Origin: Octopus bimaculoides
Taxonomy: Eukaryota
DNA length: 64,000 bases
Reading direction: 5' to 3'
Assembly (NCBI RefSeq): GCF_001194135.2
Contig: NC_068986.1
Span: forward strand, 91,923,260-91,987,259
Made by a program: the position numbers and the translations under genes. Shown here piece by piece: positions 24,054-36,445 of the stretch; position 1 is the stretch's first letter, and each line of letters begins with the position of its first letter. The notes below the pieces were generated by a model. That model was not told the DNA's origin and ran no database searches. It saw nothing but the letters and a program-made list of their open reading frames with translations.

Positions 24054-25075
24054 AAAAGAGATGAGGAATTATGTACATTATTTACATTTGATGGATGTTT
24101 GTCCTCATCTTGTTTCTTGTTAACACAACGTTTCAGCTGATATACCGTCCAGCCTTCGTCAGGTGTCTTGGGGAAATTTCGAACCTGGGTTCTCATTCCT
24201 AAGGTATTTTTCGATGTTGTTGTTATTATTATTATTATTTTATGTTTGACTTTTGTTTTGCATTTGTACAAGTTGGGTCCAAGTCTCACCCAGAGACCTC
24301 AAGAGACAACAAGTTNNNNNNNNNNNNNNNNNNNNNNNNNNNNNNNNNNNNNNNNNNNNNNNNNNNNNNNNNNNNNNNNNNNNNNNNNNNNNNNNNNNNN
24401 NNNNNNNNNNNNNNNNNNNNNNNNNNNNNNNNNNNNNNNNNNNNNNNNNNNNNNNNNNNNNNNNNNNNNNNNNNNNNNNNNNNNNNNNNNNNNNNNNNNN
24501 NNNNNNNNNNNNNNNNNNNNNNNNNNNNNNNNNNNNNNNNNNNNNNNNNNNNNNNNNNNNNNNNNNNNNNNNNNNNNNNNNNNNNNNNNNNNNNNNNNNN
24601 NNNNNNNNNNNNNNNNNNNNNNNNNNNNNNNNNNNNNNNNNNNNNNNNNNNNNNNNNNNNNNNNNNNNNNNNNNNNNNNNNNNNNNNNNNNNNNNNNNNN
24701 NNNNNNNNNNNNNNNNNNNNNNNNNNNNNNAGTATTTTACGTAGGATATGGGCATTTCCCATGAGCACTATCTTTTGAACTTCAGTCATTTTGGGGTTTC
24801 CTGGTATCTGAGCTAGGTAGTAATCAGCCCGTTTCACTGTCATTCCCAGGGCACCTATGACAATATTATTATTATTATTATTATTCAGGCCACTACTTGG
24901 AATCGAACTTGGAATCTTGGGGTTAGTAGCCTGCGCTCTTAACCACTATGCTATATGCCCGTGGGTTCGAAATTTCCCCAAGACACCTGATGAAGGCTGG
25001 AGGGTATATCAGCTGAAATGTTGTGTTAACAACAAACAAGATGAGGACAAATATCTGTCAAATGTAAATAATGAA
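24054..25075 (-). mobile_element. Palindromic tRNA-head + hammerhead element (interrupted by an R4/Dong-like insertion)
   Basis: tRNA-like head at 24886-24960 on the minus strand (A-box TAGCATAGTGG, B-box GTTCGATTCC). HHR cores at 24122-24167 (minus) and 24982-25027 (plus). Inverted arms of about 110 bp. Confidence 0.8.
24240..24864 (-). mobile_element. 5'-truncated R4/Dong-like non-LTR retrotransposon 3' end (gap inside)
   Basis: Minus-strand translation IVIGALGMTVKRADYYLAQIPGNPKMTEVQKIVLMGNAHILRKI resembles the restriction-like endonuclease C-terminus. The 3' UTR ends in (AAT)n, and both ends lie in AAT repeats. Confidence 0.78.
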
Positions 25076-25200
25076 CTGGCAGATATATTACCCTATTTAT
25101 GTCCTATGACATTGAGATGTCTTACATTGAGTCAGCCAGTGAGTCTGTTGTTGTTTATATTTCAAATAATTGGTGCTTATCATGTGTGGTACCATTAACA

Positions 25201-25544
25201 GTGGAGGCGCAATGGCCCAGTGGTTAGGGCAGCGAACTTGCGGTCATAGGATCGCCGTTTCGATTCCCAGACTGGGCGTTGTGAGTGTTTATTGAGCGAA
25301 AATACTTATAGCTCCACGAGGCTCCGGCAGGGAATGGTGGTGAACCCTGCTGTACTCTTTCACCACAACTTTCTCTCACTTTTACTTCCTGTTTCTGTTG
25401 TGCCTGTTATTCAAAGGGTCAGCCTTGTCACACTGTGTCACGCTGAATATCCCCGAGAACTACGTTAAGGGTACACGTGTCTGTGGAGTGCTCAGCCACT
25501 TGCACGTTAATTTCACGAGCAGGCTGTTCCGTTGATCGGATCAA
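25201..25544 (+). mobile_element. SINE family D, running into a gap
   Basis: GGAGGCGCAATGGCCCAGTGGTTAGG A-box, GTTTCGATTCC B-box. Confidence 0.9.
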
Positions 25545-26077
25545 NNNNNNNNNNNNNNNNNNNNNNNNNNNNNNNNNNNNNNNNNNNNNNNNNNNNNNNN
25601 NNNNNNNNNNNNNNNNNNNNNNNNNNNNNNNNNNNNNNNNNNNNNNNNNNNNNNNNNNNNNNNNNNNNNNNNNNNNNNNNNNNNNNNNNNNNNNNNNNNN
25701 NNNNNNNNNNNNNNNNNNNNNNNNNNNNNNNNNNNNNNNNNNNNNNNNNNNNNNNNNNNNNNNNNNNNNNNNNNNNNNNNNNNNNNNNNNNNNNNNNNNN
25801 NNNNNNNNNNNNNNNNNNNNNNNNNNNNNNNNNNNNNNNNNNNNNNNNNNNNNNNNNNNNNNNNNNNNNNNNNNNNNNNNNNNNNNNNNNNNNNNNNNNN
25901 NNNNNNNNNNNNNNNNNNNNNNNNNNNNNNNNNNNNNNNNNNNNNNNNNNNNNNNNNNNNNNNNNNNNNNNNNNNNNNNNNNNNNNNNNNNNNNNNNNNT
26001 GAGAAGGAGGTGCAGTCTACCCTTAATCCCAATACCCTTTTCAGTAATGGATGTTTTAGGGATATATATAATCATGA

Positions 26078-26112
<35 letters not shown>

Positions 26113-26114
<2 letters not shown>

Positions 26115-26655
26115 TTATCGTCATCATCGTTTAACGTCCGCTTTCCATGCTAGCATGGGTTGGACGATTTGACTGAGGACTGGTGAAACCAGATGGCTAC
26201 ACCAGGCTCCGATCTGATTTGGTAGAGTTTCTACAGCTGGATGCCCTTCCTAACACCAACCAATATATATATTTAGGAGTTTCAGCTTCATTGTCATCAC
26301 TTTATATATATTTATGTATGTGTGTGTGTGTGTATAAAGTAAGATAGTGGGGAGATAAGAAACCAAACATGGCAATAGTATTGATATGGCTCTGAGAGAG
26401 AGAGAGAGAGAACTTATACATTACTTAATAATTCTATTATTATTCTATTGGTTTCAGCCAGAGGCTGTGGTGATGCTGGGGCACCACCATTTATAAATAT
26501 CAATTATAAATATTCCTGACAGAAAATGATATATATGTCATCATCATCATCATCATCGTTTAACGTCCGCTTTCCATGCTAGCATGGGTTGGACGATTTG
26601 ACTGAGGACTGGTGAAACCGGATGGCAACACCAGGCTCCAGTCTGATTTGGCAGA
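26113..26655 (-). mobile_element. Two truncated family C copies (26113-26262, 26538-26655)
   Basis: Family C tail motif. Confidence 0.85.
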
Positions 26656-27105
26656 TGTGACCATACAATTCAATGTAGTAAAGAGCAAAATCCAATTTAT
26701 GGTTTATTTAGCTTTCATTTGGTAAAAAAAAAAAACTACACAAGCAAGATCAGAAGAATAAACGTATATATGAATGCATGTATATTTGTATGCATACATA
26801 TGTATGTATATTGCTTATATATATGCATATCTGTCTGTCTTTTGTCTGTCTGTCTGTTTTTCTGTCTGTGTCCCCCTCTCTCTCTATATATATATATATG
26901 TGTGTGTATGTACAAATGTATGTGTGTTCATAGTAGCCATGTTCTCACTTGGATCATGTTTTTTTTTTTATATATTTCTGTATTTCTTTTCCTCTTCATT
27001 GCTAAATTTTGAAGAAGACGATGACAAATGGAAAGGTTGAATATGTGTATATAAACAAACACAGCTGTGGTTAAATAGATAAGAAAATATACACACCATA
27101 TATAT

Positions 27106-27156
<51 letters not shown>

Positions 27157-27241
27157 NNNNNNNNNNNNNNNNNNNNNNNNNNNNNNNNNNNNNNNNNNNN
27201 NNNNNNNNNNNNNNNNNNNNNNNNNNNNNNNNNNNNNNNNN

Positions 27242-27273
<32 letters not shown>

Positions 27274-27492
27274 AGAGGCATAGTCATGTGATTAAGAAGC
27301 TTGCTTGCCAGTCATGTGATCTTGGGTTCAGTCCTTGGGCAAATGTCTTCTACTATAGTCTCAAGCTGATCCGAGCACACACACACACACACACACACAC
27401 GGCTATATGTATGTGTGTATGCTCGGATAATGATTTCTATACCGGTAATGATTTCTAACTTGACGTGCTAATGTTTCTGCCAGCTCGCCACT

Positions 27493-27544
<52 letters not shown>

Positions 27545-27545
<1 letters not shown>

Positions 27546-28215
27546 CCTTTTTACTACTGGCACAAGGCCTGAAATTTTGGGGGAGTGGAGCTAGTCGATT
27601 ACATCAACCCCAATGCTCGATTGATACTTATTTCATTGACTACAAAAGCATGTTAAGTAAAGCCAACCTTGACAGCATTTGAGCTCAGAACAAGAAGACA
27701 GGTGAAATGCTGCTAAGCATTTCATCCAGTGTGTTAATGGTTCTGCTAGCTCGTCACCTTAATAATGGTTTCTGATTTATGCACAAGGCCAGCAATTTTG
27801 AGGGCAGGGGTTTGCCATTACTATTGATGTCTCCAGTAATTTTATTTATCCTGGAAGCATGAAAGGCAAAGTTAATTTCATTGTGGTTTCAATTCAGAAG
27901 GTGAACACCCATAACTAAATACCACCAGAGATTTTGTCTGATTCGCTAATGATTTTATTAATCCACTGCCCTAAATAATGGTTATAATGATTTCTAACTT
28001 GAGTTGGTCTGAAAAAAAATAAAAGACTAAATTATCAATTTGTGGAATGTTTCTACTTCAATAAACTTTATTAACACTTCAATAGTGTTAATTGTTTCAA
28101 TTCCCTTTGATCATCACACACACACACACACACACGCACATACATACACATACACGCAGACACACACACACACACACACACATGCAGACACACACACACA
28201 CACACACACATACAG

Positions 28216-28248
<33 letters not shown>

Positions 28249-28551
28249 TGCTGTGTGTGACAAGTTTAGACTTTTTGAATTACAGATGCTATCCATCCAA
28301 CAGACTTCCACAGAGTTTCTTATTCCTTTATTGCCCACAAGGGGCTAAACATAGAGGGGACAAACAAGGACAGACAAAGGGATTAAGTTGATTACATCTA
28401 CCCCAGTGCATAACTGGTACTTAATTTATTGACCCTGAAAGAATGAAAGGCAAAGTCGACCTCGGTGGAATTTGAACTCAGAATGTAACGGCAGATGAAA
28501 CACCGCTAAGCATTTTGCCGGCGTGATAGCGTTTCTGCCAGCTTGCTGCCT
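27545..28551 (-). mobile_element. SINE family B copies (27545-27762, 28314-28551) with intervening (CA)n
   Basis: Reverse complement of the family B consensus. Confidence 0.8.
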
Positions 28552-28830
28552 TAGGCAGACAGAGTTTCTGTCTGCCTAAATTCATTGACAAGGCCTGCGT
28601 TAATTCGAGGCTGTTGTAAAAGACGCTTGCTCAAGATGCTACGTTGTGGAATTGAACCTAGGACTTTATGATTGTAAATTGAACTTCTTAACAATTGTAC
28701 CATACTGTGTTGATGTGCTGTGAACACATATACAAGCATACATGTACAGATGTACAGATGTGAGAAGCTTTGCAATATGGAACAAAACTGTTTTGGGGTC
28801 TCCCTTATCAAATCTCGAAATTGAAGGATA

Positions 28831-29040
28831 CTCTACTCTTTTACTCTCTTTTACTTGTTTCAGTCATTTGACTGTGGCCATGCTGGAGCACCACCTTTAG
28901 TCGAGCAAATCGACCTCAGGATTTATTCTTTGGATGCCTAGTACTTATGCTATCGGTCTCTTCTGCCGAACTGCTAAGTTATGGGGACGTAAACACCCCA
29001 GCATCGGTTGTCAAGCGATGTTGGAGGACAAACACAGACA

Positions 29041-29118
<78 letters not shown>

Positions 29119-29158
29119 TACGACGGGCTTCTTTCAGTTTCCGTCTACCAAATCCACT
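28831..29158 (-). mobile_element. SINE family A (head lost in gap)
   Basis: Reverse complement of 14898-15283. Confidence 0.88.
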
Positions 29159-29770
29159 NNNNNNNNNNNNNNNNNNNNNNNNNNNNNNNNNNNNNNNNNN
29201 NNNNNNNNNNNNNNNNNNNNNNNNNNNNNNNNNNNNNNNNNNNNNNNNNNNNNNNNNNNNNNNNNNNNNNNNNNNNNNNNNNNNNNNNNNNNNNNNNNNN
29301 NNNNNNNNNNNNNNNNNNNNNNNNNNNNNNNNNNNNNNNNNNNNNNNNNNNNNNNNNNNNNNNNNNNNNNNNNNNNNNNNNNNNNNNNNNNNNNNNNNNN
29401 NNNNNNNNNNNNNNNNNNNNNNNNNNNNNNNNNNNNNNNNNNNNNNNNNNNNNNNNNNNNNNNNNNNNNNNNNNNNNNNNNNNNNNNNNNNNNNNNNNNN
29501 NNNNNNNNNNNNNNNNNNNNNNNNNNNNNNNNNNNNNNNNNNNNNNNNNNNNNNNNNNNNNNNNNNNNNNNNNNNNNNNNNNNNNNNNNNNNNNNNNNNN
29601 NNNNNNNNNNNNNNNNNNNNNNNNNNNNNNNNNNNNNNNNNNNNNNNNNNNNNNNNNNNNNNNNNNNNNNNNNNNNNNNNNNNNNNNNNNNNNNNNNNNN
29701 NNNNNNNNNNNNNNNNNNNNNNNNNNNNNNNNNNNNNNNNNNNNNNNNNNNNNNNNNNNNNNNNNNNNNN

Positions 29771-30092
29771 TCTGGGCTCAGACCCACTGCGTAGCACCAT
29801 GGGCAAGTGTCTTCTACTATAGCCTCGGGCCGACCAAAGCCTTGTGAGTGGATTTGGTAGACGGAAACTGAAAGGAGCCTGTCGTATATATGCATATGCT
29901 TGTGTTTGTCCCCCAACCATTGCTTGACAATGATGTTGGTGTGTTTATGTCCCTGTAACTTAGTGGTTTGGCAAAAGAGACCAATAGAATAAGTACAAGG
30001 CTTACAAAGAATAAGTCCTGGGGTCGATTTGTTCGACTAAAAGGCGGTGCTCCAGCATAGCCACAGTCAAATGTCTGAAACAAGTAAAAGAA
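29771..30092 (+). mobile_element. SINE family A (starts in gap)
   Basis: Similarity to 14898-15283. Confidence 0.88.
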
Positions 30093-30947
30093 TAGATTAT
30101 ATATACATGTATATATATGTATACAAGATTGGCTTCCATAGTTTCCATCTGCCCAGTTCAGTTTCAAGGCATTGGTTGGTTCAGGGCTATTGTAGAAAAT
30201 ACTTTTCCAGAGTGCCACACTGGGACTGCACCTGGAACCAAGTGGTTGTAAAACAAGCTTCTTAGCCACAGAGCCACGCCTGTTCCTACAATGATGAGGA
30301 TAGTTCTTTTTAATTTTTTTTTTTTTGTGTGTAGTATATAAGTACCACTTAAATTCACTTGTTAAAACATTAAGAAAGAAGATAGAAGTCATGTGTAGAT
30401 TGTCATTGTTGTTTGTAATGATATCCCAATGTGTATCCTTCTGTCACAGATGTTGCTACTTCAGTGTCCAGCACTGTAACCAATAAATGAGTCCAACCTC
30501 TTTCTATGTGGTCACACAGCCAGTTAGAAATAGCAGCTAAAAAGGTAGTAAATTGACAGTCATTAGAGCATCATAGAAAATGCATTGTGATATCTATACT
30601 GAAACTCTGCTCTGTGATTTCAAATCCAACTAAGGATAGTGGATTGGTAGAGATGTTAAAGCATCAGACAAAACTCCCTGTGGCACTTGTTCAGGCCCTT
30701 TGCATTCTGAGTTCAAATCTTGCTAAGGTCAGCTTTATCTTTTATATTCTTTCTGGGGTTAATAAGTAAAGTACCAACCAAAGGTGGTAGATTGGTGAAA
30801 ATGTTAGAACACCAGATGAAATACCTTGTGATATTTGTTCAAGCTCTTTGCACTCTGAGTTCAAATCTCATCTAGGTCACCTAGCTACATTTAAATGGTA
30901 GACTTAATGTAACCCTTGTGGCTTTGTTTGCATCCAGTGATGTAGAA

Positions 30948-31201
30948 CAGCTGTTCTCAACCAGGATCCATATGGTCCTTGGGGGTCCAGATGCGATTTA
31001 GTTGTTAAAAATTATGTGCACTAAGTCAGTTATATTTCTACAATGCTCAAAATATTTTTACAATTTTTTAAAATACAATTCCTTATATTTAATTATAAAA
31101 ATGTAATGGGATTTTTAAAAACTTCAAATGGCTAAAAGGATCCAGTAGAGTAAAATAAGAATCAAAGGAGTCCACAGGCAAAAAATGGTTGAGAACCACT
31201 G
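30948..31201. mobile_element. hAT/Charlie-like MITE
   Basis: TIRs CAGCTGTTCTCAACC / GGTTGAGAACCACTG. Confidence 0.78.
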
Positions 31202-33150
31202 ATGAGTAGTAATTCTTTTTGGGGGGCAAATGCATTTGTTTTATTCAGAGAGTGGGGTCGGCCTTTCTTCACTTTAAAATCTTCAGGCACTGACATCGCT
31301 TGATTTTTAACATCTCTTTTATGTGTTACATTCTGTGGTTGAGTGTAGCCAAAAAAAGGGCAAAACAGTAAATGAAAAATTCCATGATGGAATGAAGTCT
31401 TATATCTGTGTGGGTGGTAAGTTCTCTGAACACCTGTAAGAGGCACCCATCATTGCCACATGTGCACGAAAAAGTGTAGGAGGTCCCTAGCAGGACTGAA
31501 AACCTACATTCAAGCTGTTTTAAGAGAACGATCAAGTAATAGAATCGCTTGAAATCAAGTTGCAGCTGCCTCCTCCACACAATTTGTTTTGATTGGAGCT
31601 TTCACATGACAGCTTATTCAACTGTTTGAATCAACTAAGAAACAAAACTTAAATTCCCAGTCAAAACAAATTTTATAATAAATTTGACACTACCCTCAGT
31701 TTTGAGTCTCCCCATCAATAAATGCTCTCTTGTTAATTCCAAACTTGTTTTAGAATAATAACCTTAAGTTAATTCACTCACACAAAACATACACACATCC
31801 ATCTATCTATATATAGTTGCTTTACAAATGTTACTGAGTTTGTGTAAACTTCCATCTGTATTTATATATCCTGTTTGGTCTGTGAGTTTTTGTTGATAAT
31901 CATCTGTTGAATATGATAACTGAATCATACAGTCAGTGGTTCAAAAGGATAGCCACAACACGTTATTTAGCATTGCCCTGTCTGTCTTTCTCCACAGTCA
32001 TACTGTAACATTAAATGTAGTAGACAGTGGTTCAACTAGTGCCTATTCTGGAAAGGTTTTGTTAGTCAAACTCACCGCAAAATCCCCTTGTGTGTGTTTG
32101 TGTGCAAATAAATATACATATATATATATATATCTATATATATATATATATATTTATTATATACACATACATACATACATACACATGCTTGTATATACAC
32201 ACACACACACACAAAGTTCTTGGTAATGTACAGTGGAATATATTAATAATAACAGAAAAATTACCCAGAAATAATGGATGTATGTTTATTTATATAGAGA
32301 TGTTAGAAGTCTTATTTATGCAGACATAAGGGTCAGACATTGCAAAAACTGACAGAGGCACTGAAGCAAATCATCTTCAAATGAATGTATGTGTGTGTGT
32401 GTGTGTGTTTGTGTATGCTTTTATGTGTGTGTGTGCATGTCTGCTGGTGTGTACTTTTGTGTTTGTGTGTGTTGTTTGTGTGTGCTTTTGTGTGTGCATG
32501 TCTGTTTGGAACTCCTAGTCGACTGTCAACCTTTGATATAGTAGATATATTACTATCAACTCTACCCAATGTATTGAGTTCTACAGTAGGTAATGTTTAT
32601 ACAGTGAAAATGTATGACTTAGTGGTTATGATATTTGTCTCGTGGTTGTAAGGTCATGAGTTCAATACCCTGTGACATGTTGTGTCCTTGAGCAAGACAC
32701 TTTACTTCATGTTGCTCCAGTCCCATCAGCTAACAAAAATAAGGAGTACTTGTATTTCAAAAGGGTTAGCCTTGTCACATCCTGTGTCATGCTGAATCTC
32801 CCTGAGAATTACATTAAGGGCATGCATGTTTGTGGAGTGTTCAGACGCGTTCATGTTAAAGCTGTTCTGTTCTGATCAACTGGAATTTTTGTCATTGTAA
32901 CCAATGGAATGCCAGTAGAATGTTTGTACAACAAACATCAAATTAACCCTTTTGATACCAACTGCCTGAAACTGCCCCTGATTCTGTTTTAAAGGGATCT
33001 GAGCCAAAATCTTCCATTTGAATTTCATTCTAATCTATGTTCTTAACACCATCTTAATAAGGATAAAGTTATTTTAATAAGTTCGTTATTATTTTCAAAA
33101 CTAACTGAAACAAAGATTGAGTGTTTCAAAAAAATATTGTAAGAAAAGGG

Positions 33151-33803
33151 TTACTCTTTTACTCTTTTCAGTCATTTGACTGCGGCCATGCTGGAGCACC
33201 GCCTTTTAGTCGAGCAAATTGAACCCGGGACTTATTCTTTATAAGCCTAGTACTTATTCTATCGGTCTCTTTTTGCTAAACCGCTAAGTGACGGGGACAT
33301 AATTACACACCAGCATCAGTTGTCAAGCGATGGTGGGGGGACAAACACAGACACACAAACACACATACACACACATATATATATATATACATATATACGA
33401 CGGGCTTCTTTCAGTTTCCGTCTACCAAATCCACTCACAAGGCTTTGGTCAGCCCGAGGCTATAGTAGAAGACACTTGCCCAAGATGTCAAGCAGTGGGA
33501 CTGAACCCAGCACCATGTGGTTGGTAAGCAAACTACTTACCACATAGCCACTCCTGTAAATACAATTTGTAAATATCGCATCAGAGTCGCTAAAACAAGA
33601 TGACTGATTGTATTGTTTTCAGTAGAAGCCAGTGTTCGTTATGACAGGCTTCTTTTAGTTTCCTTCTACCAAATCCACTCACAAAGTGTTGGTTGGCCCG
33701 AGGCTATAGTAGAAGACACTTGCCCAAGATGTCACGCAGTGGGACTGAACCCGGAACCATGTGGTCGGTAAGCAAGCTACTTACCACACAGCCACTCCTG
33801 CGC
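33151..33803 (-). mobile_element. SINE family A copies (33151-33556 full length; 33650-33803 partial)
   Basis: Reverse complement of the family A consensus. Confidence 0.88.
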
Positions 33804-35369
33804 CATAGTCATAATATTAAGAAAAGGCATTAAAATGTGTTCACACACACACATACACACATTAAATGTGTGTGTATGTGTATGTGTGTGTTCATTCATA
33901 TTTTACTGTGTGTATCCATGTAACTCCTTTCATATAGGATTTGACCTTTTTTCTTTCAGCACCTTCACAGTACAGACACATAATATATAACTACTCATGC
34001 CTACACATACATACATGAAATATATGTATACACTTATATACACTTACGCATGCATGTGTGTATAGTAGCATTTAGACACACACACACAGAAATGAGATAA
34101 AAAATATGTTTAACATCTGTGCCCTATTTGATATCGTTAGACCCCTAGTTGCAGCCGGAGACACAATCATTCCTTAATATATCAGATGACATTTTAAAAG
34201 CTCTGAGGTGTGGTGTGTGTGTGTGTGGTGGTGGTGGGGGGGGGGGNNNNNNNNNNNNNNNNNNNNNNNNNNNNNNNNNNNNNNNNNNNNNNNNNNNNNN
34301 NNNNNNNNNNNNNNNNNNNNNNNNNNNNNNNNNNNNNNNNNNNNNNNNNNNNNNNNNNNNNNNNNNNNNNNNNNNNNNNNNNNNNNNNNNNNNNNNNNNN
34401 NNNNNNNNNNNNNNNNNNNNNNNNNNNNNNNNNNNNNNNNNNNNNNNNNNNNNNNNNNNNNNNNNNNNNNNNNNNNNNNNNNNNNNNNNNNNNNNNNNNN
34501 NNNNNNNNNNNNNNNNNNNNNNNNNNNNNNNNNTATATATATATGCATTGTGTATACACACACACATATAGGCTAATACCGTGTGTAAGAATACCAGACC
34601 AAGTTTGGCGTCAAAAATCTATGAAATCCCATAAATAATTATATGCACATACTCAAAAATGAACAAAACGCATGCTGCTGGTGTATGTGTGTATATATAC
34701 AAAAATGTATATGTCTGTGTGAGTGCATGTGTTTGTACTATATTTATAAATATGAGCGTGCATGAGTGTACTTGCATAAGATGATTAAAGAATTAATTAA
34801 TTTATGGTGAACACAATTTCTTGCAAAAATTCAGGGTTAATGCAAGGGAGATAACAATTCTTATAAGTTACCTCCCATGATGATGATCATCATCATATGT
34901 CCGTTGTCCATGCTGGCATGTGTTGGCTGGTTTGACCAGGGCTGGTAAGCTGGAAGGTTACACCAGACTCCAGTCTGATTTGGCATGGTTTTCCATGGCT
35001 GAATACCCTTCCTAATACCAACCACTCTGAGAGTGTAATGGATGCTTTTACGTGCCTCTGGCACGGGTGCCATTTTTGTGACACCAGTATCTGCCACAAC
35101 TGATGTTGCTTAGCTTAATGGGTCTTCTTCTCAAGCATGACATAATGCCAAAGGTCTTGGCATTGTTGTTTCAATTGGCTCTGAACTTATAAACATAGCC
35201 GAATGATGTCAGTAAATACCACCAGGAATTATGTTTGACAATACTGTGAGCCACCAACCATCACTGCCACTGGCTGCTGCCGCTGCCGCCACCGCTGCTC
35301 TGGGCCAGCAGTCCCGACATGCTTGGCAACAAGATGATGCCTCACGTGTATTCACCTGGGAGGGGAAAT

Positions 35370-35790
35370 CCTGTCTGGTTTCAGCAGGATGGGGCTCCAC
35401 CCCATTATGCATCACAGGATCATGATTTTCTCAATGAACATTTTACAAGGTGATGGCTCGGGCGTTGTGGGCCAACTGAATGGGCACTACGGTCACCAGA
35501 TTTAGCTCCCATGGATGTTTTCTTCTGGGGACTACATTAAATCCTTTGTGTATTCTTAAAAGATTCATAACCAAGGACATCTTCTTCAAAGAATTGTTGA
35601 AGCGTGTGAACAAGTCAACAGCAATGAAGAGCTATTAGAGAGGGTTCATTGCAATTTTAAATTCCCTATGAACACTCGTTTAGAGATACATGGCCAACAC
35701 TTTGAACATTTGTAATGAATTATTACCTGCTTCATGCCTAATAAAGCATACTTGATATCTCCTGCGGTGCATGACTTTGTGGTCACCCTA
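35370..35790 (+). mobile_element. Tc1/mariner (DD37D/maT-like) transposase 3' remnant with right TIR
   Basis: WFQQDGAPPHYA...FLNEHF...GRCGPTEWALRSPDLAPMDVF. Ends GACTTTGTGGTCACCCTA-TA. Confidence 0.82.
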
Positions 35791-35814
35791 TATATTACAT
35801 ATATAACAAACGTA

Positions 35815-36197
35815 ATGAACTGGTAGAATTGTTTGCAAGGCAGGCAAAATGCTTAGTGGTGTTTTATTCATCATTATGTTCTGAGTTCAAATTCTGCTGA
35901 AGTCATCTTTGCCTTTCATCTTTTTGGGTCAATAAAATAAGTACCAGTTGAGCACAGGAGTCAGTGTAATAGACTAGTCCCCCTCCTTCCCTCAAAATTT
36001 CAGGCCTTCTGCCTGTAGTAGAAAGGATAATATATATATATATGAGTCGCTATGTGGTAAGTAGCTTGCTTACCAATGACATGGTTCCGGGTTCAGTCCC
36101 ACTGTGTGGCACCTTGGGCAAGGGTCTTCTACTATAGCCTTAGGCTGACCAAGGCCTTATGAGTGGATTTGGTAGACGGAAACTGAAAGAAGCCCGT

Positions 36198-36231
<34 letters not shown>

Positions 36232-36445
36232 AATATGTGTGTGTATGTGTGTGTTTGTCCCCCCCATCATTGCTTGACAACCGATGTTGGTGTGTTTACG
36301 TCCCCGTAACTTAGCGGTTCAGCTAAGAGACCAATAGAATAAGTACTAGGCTTGCAAAGAATAAGTCCTGGGGTCGATGTGTTCGACTAAAGGCAGTGCT
36401 CCAGCATGGCCACAGTCAACATGACTGAAACAAATAAAAGAATAT
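35815..36445 (+). mobile_element. SINE family B (35815-36027) followed by family A (36043-36445)
   Basis: Family consensus motifs. Confidence 0.85.
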
